Assembly (NCBI RefSeq): GCF_000315625.1
Contig: NW_005434601.1
Coordinates: 330,936 to 394,935, forward strand
Source: Guillardia theta CCMP2712
Taxonomy: Eukaryota; Protista; Cryptophyta
Length of the DNA: 64,000 nt
Direction of reading: 5' to 3'
Positions 1-10,370 of the stretch are shown here, piece after piece. The position numbers were made by a program, and so were the translations under genes. The notes under the pieces are model-generated. The model was given only the letters and a program-made list of their open reading frames with translations, was not told the DNA's origin and ran no database searches. The stretch's first letter is position 1. Every line of letters starts with the position of its first letter.

Positions 1-84
1 CTCCCCTCCCCTCCCCTCCCCTCCCCTCCCTCCCTCCCTCCCTCCCCTCCCTCCCTCCCTCCCTCCCTCATTCGTTGCCTGCAG

Positions 85-692
85 GTTTCGAGGCTTTCAC
101 GGACACAGCGAGCCTGACTGCTGGCATCATCAACGCCGGTACAAGAGCACTCGATACACATCTCCTGCTCGCTTCTTCTTCTTCTCTTTCTCCTGCTCGC
201 TTCTTCTTCTTCTCTTTCCGCGCATCATCCTCACTTCTTCTCAGCGGTCATCTTTGTCGTTGCCGTCTGCTTCAACAACGTTTCTCGTCCAGACAGCGAG
301 AACGAGAAGGTGAACGCCCCTCTCCCTTCCCTCTTCTCCAGTGCCTCCGCCTCTCCCGCTCCGTAACTTCGTCGACAGGATGAGATTTTGAGGAAGCAAG
401 AGGCGATAAGGAATGTAGTTCACGGCACAGTGCAGCTTCTGAAGAGACAACATCAGGTGCCAACACTGCCTGCGTGCTTTTGACTCTCTCCTCGCCCTCC
501 TTCACTCCCCTGCTCTAACTCGCCTGCAGATTCTGATTAGCTTGCTGAGCAAGTCAAGGGTCGAGAAGTTTGCAGAGAAGGTCAACGAGAGCGTGTGGGG
601 GCTGAGAGCTGACGATGAAGCAGGGGGAGGATACGAGCGACGATGAAGAGAGCGACGATTCCTCAAGGAGTTCGAGCAACCTCAGCATCTGA
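85..692 (+). CDS. 3' exons of an unknown, possibly membrane, protein (5' part outside the window)
   Basis: GT-AG-bounded exons give GFEAFTDTASLTAGIINA/VIFVVAVCFNNV.../DEILRKQEAIRNVVHGTVQLL.../ILISLLSKSRVEKFAEK, ending at TGA ~692; introns are pyrimidine-rich. Confidence 0.5.
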
Positions 693-2039
693 GAGAAGAG
701 TAGATACTTCATTTATTATGTTGTAAAAATGTCTTACAGGTTGTCAAAAGCACCTCCTCTCCCATCCCTCCTCTCTCCCCCTTCAAACCAATCCCTCATC
801 ATCATCATCATCCTTATTTTCCTCCTCCTCCTACTCCTCCTCCTCCTACTACTACTACTACTACTGCTACTGCTACTCCCCTTCCTGCCCCACCATTCCT
901 TCTTCGTTCCATGGCTTCAGAGCTTCGAGCGCGGAGGCTCCCCACTGCTCCCAACCTCTTGATTCTGGCTGACCGACCAGAGGTCGACGACGATCACTGC
1001 ACGAGCATCAGCCCCTTCCCTCTCCGCCACAGGCACAGGCCTGTCGCGTCGTCGTGGATCAACCGTCGCTGCCGACCCATCGGAAGCTCCGACAACTGAT
1101 CGAATCCTCTCAGCCCCGTTCGCCTCTCACCTCCCGCCCACCTGCTCCCTGTTGATGCCGAAGCGAGAAGCAGCCATGGCAAGAGTCGCTTCCACGATCG
1201 CAGCCGCTGCGTTCTCACCTCGAGTCTGCACAAGAGTCACGAGACTCTTTCTTCTCTCCTGCTCACCATCGCGCGCTGCGCAAGGTCGACAGCATTCTGG
1301 TCGGACAAGTAGTCCCTGTGAAGAGGTCAGGACTAGACCAGACCACGCATCTTCTCAGCATCACCATACGCCGTCGGTCGCGAGGATGAGAAAGTCTCCA
1401 GGGGAGCAGTTGTTGAGAGGACGAGCAGTTATCTCCGGGATAGTTTCAATGTATGGCGGCCTGACACGACCATCACTCTTCTCCTCACGTCCCCTCCTCC
1501 TCACTTGTAAGGATCCGGAATCACGCGCCCAGGAAAATTGTTGAAGTGCGGATACTTGAGATAGGCGTCGCCGAGGCTGTGAGAGACGTCGTTAGGGAGC
1601 GAGAGCGAGAGGAGCAGGGCAAGCCTGTAGGTCGGTTGGAGGCAGCCTTTGACGTAACAAGAGTAGAGGCCACGGCAACGGACAATATCAACTTCACCAG
1701 GATGGTTCCTCCGGAGACGATCCTGAACTTCCGGTCAGGAGTGAAAAGAGAGGCGCATGATCTTCGACTTGCTCGGCTGGATTCATAGCATTCAAGTCCG
1801 TCGTCACTCTTTGCGCCCGGTAACCTCCGCCAAACCTGCAGGTCAAATCACTGAGGTTCCACAAGAGCTGACAGCTTCACCCTTTCTGAGCCAACACAGC
1901 TCTGCTATCCCCCGCATTGGCGATGTACAGAACGCCCTTGTGCACCACAGCAAGGAGAACACAAGTGCCGACCTGAGGGAATCAAGCAAATTCAGACTGT
2001 GTGAAGGAGGATAAGGCGGGACTAATAATGATTGGAGTG

Positions 2040-3400
2040 TTGAGGGCTTGATACCGAAGAGAGGCGTTCAGTTCCGGGCGGACCGTAAGTTACATAGTTG
2101 GGATTTCTGAAACATCGATAAGATACAACTGATTACAGCCAACGAAGCAAGACTTCAGCCATTCAACTTTCAACTTTTCCGTCCAGCGTTCCTCCACCTG
2201 CTCCGAAGTCATACACGTTCTGAACTTGAAGGAAATTTACCTGACAAAATCCTTTGCTGATCGCTGACTCCATCTCGTCATCGTTCTTGCAGCCTTCTTC
2301 TGTGAACAGGAATGAGACGACTTCTCACTTTTCGTCAACGAGAGAAGAATGACCCTTGGGAAGGAAGCTTGAAATTGAATCCGGAAGCATGTTGTAAGCA
2401 AATTCTGCACACTCCCATCCTGAAACACCGAGTAGCAAACGATCTTCAGAAAAGATGATACCGAATTTTTCATTAAACGGACCTCCATGTCCATCATAAA
2501 CAGCAAAATAGCTTTCCGAGTTTTCACCTTTACCTGCGATGTGAACGATTGACCTGGACGAAAGAACGTTTCAACAATTTTCAAAACAAGTGACTCCTGA
2601 CATAGAAACGGCACAGAAACGTTCTGACTGTTGTGCATCAAATACGAAACTCTGTCAAACAAACAACAGCAACATTCGGGCAACAAGAGTGAGTTTGAGA
2701 CAGAATGAGGTTTTTTATGGACGAATGAAACATGCCATGACCCCATGCAAACCTGTCGTGAATTACCTGTCTTCGCATTTGGTGTTGGAAGAAACAGCAC
2801 ACATGGTGGAATGCGGAGCAATAAGGCTTCTTGGCTCCCCGGTTATTTTAGGAATGGTTACGATGATTGCATCATTATCCTGCGGCGTTGATTTTTCTTG
2901 CCATGAACAGGCCGCAGCAACAGCAGTGGAGGCAAATGTAGCTGCACTTGCACCCTTCAAAAACAACATCGCTCTCCTGCTGATCTCCCAAGGCCGAGAA
3001 TATCCTGGGGCTGGTGAACTAAGTGGGAGATCAAAAGAGGAAAGAGTTACCATGTCTCCATGGCCTTCCGCTTTTTTGATCATTTCCGTTGGAAGGAAGA
3101 AAAGAACTTCCTTCTCTTGGTTTCTGTTCGTGGTGAGATGAGTGCATGAAACAGCGCAGGAGCGCAGCATCTGTCTGTTTGCGAGAAATCCAACAATGGT
3201 CCAACAAGTTTTGAAGTTCCTTATTGTAGACTCTACTGCCAAGTGCTGCACTGCGTTGAAAAATGCAGTTTACACTCTTATTCTTGAATCTGCAGTGCAT
3301 CGCTCCCACTTGTCCAGACTGTTTTACCAGCAAGTTACCCCGTTAACTCATCGGCTTCTGTCTTGATTCAAGATCATCTATTGCAAAAATGATATTAGAA
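2040..3400 (-). CDS. Hypothetical multi-exon protein in an AT-richer segment
   Basis: Overlapping minus-strand ORFs 2237-2821, 2763-3251 and 3031-3333 with plausible splice sites; no recognisable domain. Confidence 0.3.
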
Positions 3401-3717
3401 ATATCAACAAAACACACTTCCAACAAGCTTAGTACTGTGATTGAATATGAAAGTCTCCACTAGATCAAAATTACAAATTGTCGACCACCTAAACGATCCA
3501 AATTTGAGCAAGATGCGATATCATATACCGACCTAATACTGATTACTAAGCAATGCTATGAGCTCCATTGAATTAAATCGTGCAAATGTACATGAAAAGA
3601 ACCCCTTGCTCGGAATCAAGGGTTTCTCCAAGATCCAAATGCAGTTTCTTCAAAACATCAACAGGTGGAGGGGGGAGGGGAGCAGGGAGGGAGGGGGGAG
3701 GGAGGAGGGAAGAGGGA

Positions 3718-3864
3718 GGGAGCAGCAGGGAGCAGGGAGCAGGGAGCAGGGAGCAGGGAGCAGGGAGCAGGGAGCAGGGAGCAGGGAGCAGGGAGCAGGG
3801 AGCAGGGAGCAGGGAGCAGGGAGCAGAGAGGAGGGAGCAGGGAGCAGGGAGCAGGGAGCAGGGA
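3718..3864. repeat. (GGGAGCA)n 7-bp tandem repeat
   Basis: Directly visible, about 20 units. Confidence 0.95.
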
Positions 3865-4949
3865 GGAGGCAGTGTGCATGGAATGATGGAGAGAGGAGGC
3901 AGGATGCAGGAGGGATCAGGATGGACTTCCTTGCTTGGTGCTGGGCAGAGAGGAGGGCGGGAAGAAGGCAGATGGCATGCTGGAAATGCAGCGGCTCTAT
4001 GCCATATGCAGTCCTCCACCAGGCTCTCGTCGTGGAATGGGGTCATGGTAGTGACCGGTCATACATACTACCCCTGTAGTTGTATACCCCACCCCGAGTT
4101 AAGACGGAATGAAATAGCAAAGAGCCCTCAAGTACCCACCCTTTTATTCTGCCTTTTTGGAAATTATCCAAAGGGGTAATGACCCCCAATGACGTTGGTC
4201 CACCCCTGCACGGACGTACCTCGAGTACGCTACCCCACCCCTAGATGTTATTGAAGTGAGCTCACCCCATGCTTCAGGCTTTCTTCTTGTTGATTGCTGG
4301 GGTACTTTGACGCTTTGAGGTACCCCTACCCCCTCTCATAAGAAATGGGTACCGACCCGACGTCGGATAGACCGCTTCCCCGCCACGACCCCACCGTCTA
4401 GAACCGTCCGGCCCCGGGCCGGCGGGCCGGGCCCGACTCGCTCTAGCCCGGTGAGGGCCATGATGGAGTGACAGTGACCCAATCAGCGGCTCGGGCCCCG
4501 AGCCCGGCCATGTGATCCGAGGAGTGACACGGGCCGGAGCCTAGTCCACCCCGGGGCCCGGCGGCGTTGGAAACCGTGAGTGTATGCCGGGCCGGAAGGC
4601 TAACTTGCGCCAGTGCGCGCCGGGGCTTCCGAAGTTCGACCCGTCACCCGGTGACCGTCAATCACCGTCACTGCCACCGAGTTCGACACGGTCATGAGCA
4701 CTCGCAGAGCCTCAGACCCGGTGCTGGTGTAGAGCACTGAGTTGAACTTCGCCGCACTGCAACTTGCCTTAGTTGAGCCCGCCGGGCCGGGCCCCGTGAC
4801 GGTGACTCGCCGTTATAACGGTTACAACGATTTTGATTTCCCGCCTTTCCCGGCACTGCGAACCCCACAAACTTTTGGCACAAAAAGATGAAGTGGTAAT
4901 GGAACATGCCGGCGTGATGGTGCGAGCGCGACGACCGAGAAGAATGTTC

Positions 4950-7370
4950 ATGAACTATGTTTCTTCAGGCTCGAGCAGCTCAGAGGATTGAATAGCTGTC
5001 ATTAGTTCTTCATCCTTGGTTCAGATCTGAAACTCGCTCCTTTCATTTCGAGAATTTTGCAAAATGTTGCCAAGCTTCTCCCCACCAACCGCAGCCCCAC
5101 AACAGGCTTCTTCTGCAGACGGTTTTCAAGAGATGCAATGCAACTCATTTTCGAAGAAAGCAACGCATGGCTCGTACAATCTTAGCAAGGATCCGATTGT
5201 GCATACAGTGATGCACAATCGCAATATAGCATTCAGACACGAAGATGCGAACTGTTCACAGGTTGGCAGGATTCATGCTTTCGCACGTACTTGTTGTATG
5301 CTTTACTGGACTGCAGGTTTCAGGACGACCGAACAAATTTCATGTTCATGGTGTGTATTGTACACCCTCAGTTGTAATGACCTCGTTCTGTTTGTAACGA
5401 AAGTATCGTTTTGATTGTCCAACTTGTTACTTCACTTTTGACCATTACAACTTGCCACGTGCTCTCCTTGATAAACTCATGCTGATTGTTTCTTGTGGAG
5501 ACATGCCATACCTAACTTTCTTTGAACATCAGAGGAAAAGGCAAAAATGGTTGAAACGACTGAACGCTCTTAGCAAAGTGATTTTAACACAATCTATGCT
5601 CCAAAGGTCAGCGCCGCGCATGTTGATCTGGTGAATTGCTCAGAAAATGCTGAAAGAGGATTCAATACACCCAATTTTCTACAAAGGAATGGTTTTCAAA
5701 ATCTTCTAAACGATTTTTCTTCGACAGGTGAAGAGCTTCTGTAGCAAGTTGGTGTTCATTCTGTTATATCTAGCTGCATGTACAGAGATCCGGGATCGCT
5801 TTTCTCAGACAGTTCATCTATCAAATTTCAGGGATAATATTGAGCCGCAAGAGAATATCCCCTGCGATATGTTAAGGGCAAAGCCTTTCGGACTGGATAG
5901 TAGCAAAATACAAGCGTATTCAAATCAAAATCGTGATTTTTTCCTTTTCAATCGTTATAATTTGCTCAGGGATCATCGCAGCTCAGGAATTCTCGTTCGA
6001 GTCTGATTGCAGCACAGAAAAGCTCACGCGTGAAAACGGAAGTGACAGCATCAATCTTTACTTACAAGCAGAGTCAGAAGAATCAATATTCAGGTTTTGT
6101 TTTTCTGGAAATTCTTCACTGCTTGACATATTTTTAGCATGTTTGTATTCAAAGTCGTTGGCTGCCAATCACCTGTACCACATGGTCATACATATTCGGA
6201 GTCAGGATTGTTTTCGAAATCGCTGAATCTAGCTATAGACTGGAAGAGTTGCCCATATGCGCACATTGGAGAAACTGCGAGAAGGAGGCATCCCAGGTCG
6301 AAATACGACAGCACAACCATCAGGTTGCTGGTACCTAACGACAGTTTCATAGCTGTCATACATCAGCAGCATGCATGGGAAACATTTGATCCAATGATCC
6401 TCTTGAAAATTTGAGTATAGATTGCAGAGTTCAGACGTAACAGAAAGTGCTCGAAGGGAGAGACTTGTCCATTTGCTCATGGGTAAGCAATCAAGCAATC
6501 AAGTCTGAACAATCGCATAACAACGATCAGCCCTTGGGAGGCGGGCTTGCATCCTGCATCATTTCGTTCTCAGCTTTGTTCGTAAGTATTGATCGTCAAA
6601 AAACATTACATCGATCACACGTGCAATGATTAGCTTCGGATCCGTTTGTGCTCGAAGACTGTGTTTTTTTGCCCATTGCATTCAAGAACTTCGGGTGGAA
6701 AATGCAACTTACTACCAAATACATGAAAGCAAAATAATGGAAGCACGAAGTGGGCTCCTGAAAAGTTCTCAGTCCTGTACAGTATTACTAACTGATTTGT
6801 CGAAACATCTCTTGTTCTTTCCAGATCAATCGCTAAACTGTAAGATGCCAGTATCGTACAATTTAGGGAGCAACGAACAACAACTCGTCGAAAAGCTGTC
6901 GAGTTTGACACAAGCAGCAGCTAGGTTGGTAGAAGATTCGCAGGTAAAAGTAACTGGTGCTACTGACCAGGAACAGAATACTCTGCAGAATACTTAGAAC
7001 ACTTGCAACAGAAACGGGCAACTCGAAACCATGGAATTCATCTAGAGAAGAGGGAATTTGAGCAACAGGTGAGAACCTTGCAGGACACTGGAGAGGCATT
7101 GAAAATATATACAGTGTCGAGAAAAAGATAAAACCAATAGGGCACGTCTAGGAGAAGAATCTGCAAGGAATCTATAAAGGCAATTGGATCATCGCAGCAC
7201 GATTCTAAGCTCGGTTACAGCTTCTTCCCTTAATTTGAGTTGCAAATCTCTTGCCAATTCTTGTGAAATAGCTTTAGTTTCCGATCTAGCCATTAGAGAA
7301 GTCAACAAAAACATTCAAATCAATTCTGCAAACCTGTACATCACACGGAATGATCGGCTCTCCTGATATT
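4950..7370 (+). CDS. Hypothetical multi-exon protein(s), AT-rich, with coiled-coil-like segments
   Basis: Series of short + ORFs (e.g. IQELRVENATYYQIHESK, NEQQLVEKLSSLTQAAARLVED) separated by short intron-like gaps. Confidence 0.3.
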
Positions 7371-7437
7371 CTTCGGGCAAGTCCTTAAAGACGTCTCTAG
7401 CAGCCTGTGAATTTCTGAGATCATTTTCAAAGTCATC

Positions 7438-8869
7438 TTATCGAAGCAATTCCACCGGTGGGAGAGACTTTCTCTCAAAGGAATCAAACCTCTGTACGCT
7501 GTAAACCTCAGGATGGGACAAGGCCAACTAATGCGATCAATGTGAGTGTAAGCAAAGGAAGCATCTTCTTGAAGTCAGAGTCGTTGATAGAGTTATGATA
7601 GCACGCTTTCAGCATACATACAAAGTTCCATTCTTGTCACCTGTATGAAATCGTCGTCCTGAAAGCTTCTCTTCACCTGCATGCGGGATCTAAGCATTTG
7701 AGTTCAAAAATGATGTCTGGGCGGCTCACCCACATGCTGATGTCATGAGCCCAAGTTGGAGGATGAATACCTCGAAAGCCCCTGTGATTCCCGTTGAGAC
7801 GTGCCCCATGGACCAAGCCATGTCGTACCGGTCGTCAGGAACAAAGACGTGCACCAGCCCTTCTTCTGTTCGAAACCCTTTGTTCTGCAGACTCAGTGAT
7901 CAGCCGATTTCGTTGTATCAGCCTCAGGCACAGCTCCTCGCAGTCCTCCATGTGCACTTGCAAGCAAGCCCTCATCTCTCACCTGCGACTTGTACCCGCT
8001 GCTCGAGTACCCTTCAGGCGCTTCGAACGGAAACATTCTGATCAGAATCAGCCCAGCAGCTGCTGCTTGAGCTGTGATCTACAGGCTGTCAGAAGCTGAG
8101 AGAAAGGCGCGGACTGACCTGCCAGCTGTCGCCCCAGCATCGTGGCTTGTCTTGAGGAGTTCCACCCTAATGGGACCATGATCAGCATCAAGTTGAGGAA
8201 GCAGCATGGATGAAAGACCTGACCAGCACACAAGGCTACTCGGATCTCACCGATGGACGTGAGATGATTAGCTGCGCTCAAGAAGAAACCCCTGAGCAGT
8301 TCCCTGTTCTTGTGGATCTTTCCCTTACCGGGATGGTGCGGAAAGTTGAAGATAATACAATCAGCCCGGTAGTGAGCACCGACAGTCTGTGCCATGTTGG
8401 TCGCATCGACCTCATGCATGACGGCAGCTCCGAGACTCTTCAGCTCTTTGATCGCCTCGACAGCCCCGTATCGCTCTTCCAGCACGTGAAAGGGATCGAA
8501 TGTGGTGGCGAGGAGGTTGAGCGAGGGGAATGCTTGCTTGAGGGCTAGGGAGTATGAGAGGTTGCCATCTCCCACAACGACGACTGTCCCTGCCACACCC
8601 TCTCCGCCCTGTCTCGAGAAGCTAAGGTCTCTTCCCCAGCTCTTCTGCATCTTGAGTTCGGTGAAAGCAGGACGTCGCAGAAATCTCACTTGAGGGGCGG
8701 AGGAAGCGACAAAGGGATGGAGCGAAAGGGAGGGCACAGAGGAGGAGGAGGAGAGCGAGGAGGAGGCGAGAGAGGAAGGAGAGCTCAGTGAGAGAGGAAG
8801 AAAGAGGAGAGGAGATCGAATCGACCGCCCTCCATGCCACCGCTCGCACCGAGACACCACAGCATGCAT
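7438..8869 (-). CDS. DUF2431 (BMT5-like Rossmann rRNA methyltransferase) domain protein with a C-terminal FDX-ACB-like region (FDXACB1-like)
   Basis: VVVGDGNLSYSLAL, HEVDAT, IIFNFPH, NRELLRGFFLSA and LCAGQ(GGT) are DUF2431 motifs; downstream exons give HDISMW and RTTISYR, resembling FDX-ACB; start codon uncertain. Confidence 0.8.
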
Positions 8870-9382
8870 GCCAAGTCCAACAATGAACGGCTCTATAACG
8901 GCTCTATAACGGTTTATAACCGTGAGATAACGTCTGCGATAGCAGCAAATGAAGCGAATGGTGGGGAGCAGGGACGGAGCAGCGAAGGAGCGAGAGGGGG
9001 GATGGGAGGGGAGCAGGGCGACAGCATGCAAGGGGAATGGGTAGGGGTAGGGAATATGGGACATCGAGCTCTGACAAGCCGCTCCCTTCCCTCCACCGCC
9101 TGTTTGTCTCTTGTTTCATTGCCCAACTCGCTTTAGCTATGCTTCTCATCCGCTCCAACCCCTTCGCTTGATTGCAAGACACATGCATCGGCGTGGAGGG
9201 GAGGAAGAAGAAGCTCCTTGAAAGGGCGTTGAATCTTTTGCTTGCCAGGTCGTGTTGTGGTGATGAGGTCTGCTGGAACAAAGTGAGGAACAAAGAGACA
9301 CCATGCAGTTTTATTACAACAGTGGGATCCCACAGAGGCAGCGGAGGACGAGGTGAGAAGGAGAAGCGACGGAGAGAATTTG

Positions 9383-10266
9383 ATGATGGATCGCTGCAGA
9401 GACGGTCGCCACAGCTCCGTGAATCGCGACGTTCCTGCTTTCCTCTCCTTCCCCGACGGCTCTCACTCCCTCGGTGTCATCTCGCAGCATGGAGACGTGG
9501 AGACTGAGGCGAGAGGTGGCAGCAGAGACTCGCTCGTGTTGAGCTGACGATGCGGCAGGAGACCATCACAGCGGCTCGCTCAACGGGCCCTTCATCGTCT
9601 GGGCTGACCCCGTGCAGCGAGGCAGCGCTGACCGATCAGGTTCGCTCCTCTTGTTCCAGCTGGATGAGAGCTGAGGGGTTGGCAGGCGACTACCAACAGC
9701 TGCAGATGTTCTTCCATGCTACAGTAGGCTTGAACATCCTGCTCAACGCTCTCTTCTTCTTCGACCTGGTCAGACTCCCTCGAGCCTGCGGGGATCTGAT
9801 CGCGTCGCAGATGCGATACACCTACAACAAGGACATACTGAGCCCCGATCGCGTCTCTCCTCCCAGCATGGCCATGCCGATCGCTTCCTTCATATTATGC
9901 GTGCTCTTCAAGCTCATAGGCGCTTGGGGGGTTTTTAAGAAGAAGATCCGCTACATCTCCATCTTCATCTCCTTCGTCTTGTTCTTCTCACTAGGTAAGC
10001 CCATCACTCACTTCCTCCTTCGTCCAACTTTCCTCCGCTCCCCTCTCCTCTCCTCTCCTCCTCTCCCCTCGCTCACTTGCCTTCTCAGTCAACTTGCTCT
10101 GGATCGCGACATCCCCGCAGCTTGCCGGTGTCTTCATCGACATTCTGCTGGTTCTCTTTGCTCACAGAGTTCGAGCCAGGTAAGAGCAGTGGGAGCAGGG
10201 GGAGGGAGAGAAGAGTCAGTAACTCTTCACAGGCTCATGGGCGAATGGTTCTCTGCTACCCGATGA
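9383..10266 (+). CDS. Small multi-pass membrane protein of unknown function
   Basis: Spliced product has about 4 hydrophobic helices (VGLNILLNALFFF; IASFILCVLFKLIGAWGV; ISIFISFVLFFSL; AGVFIDILLVLF) and ends LMGEWFSATR*. Confidence 0.65.
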
Positions 10267-10370
10267 TTTCTCTCCGTCCTCCTCCAGTTGTCACAGTAGA
10301 AAAAGTGAAGCGCAATGATAGCAGATTCACCTCATCTTCTACGCCTCACGCGCTCTCGCTGGAGTGTAGA

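Noticed and set aside
900-2000. Possible minus-strand gene
   Set aside because: Splice-like signals are present, but I could not assemble a convincing reading frame or recognise a domain
3558-4179. ORFs with REQGAGS/PAPCSLL repeats
   Set aside because: They are translations of the GGGAGCA microsatellite and are open in many frames on both strands
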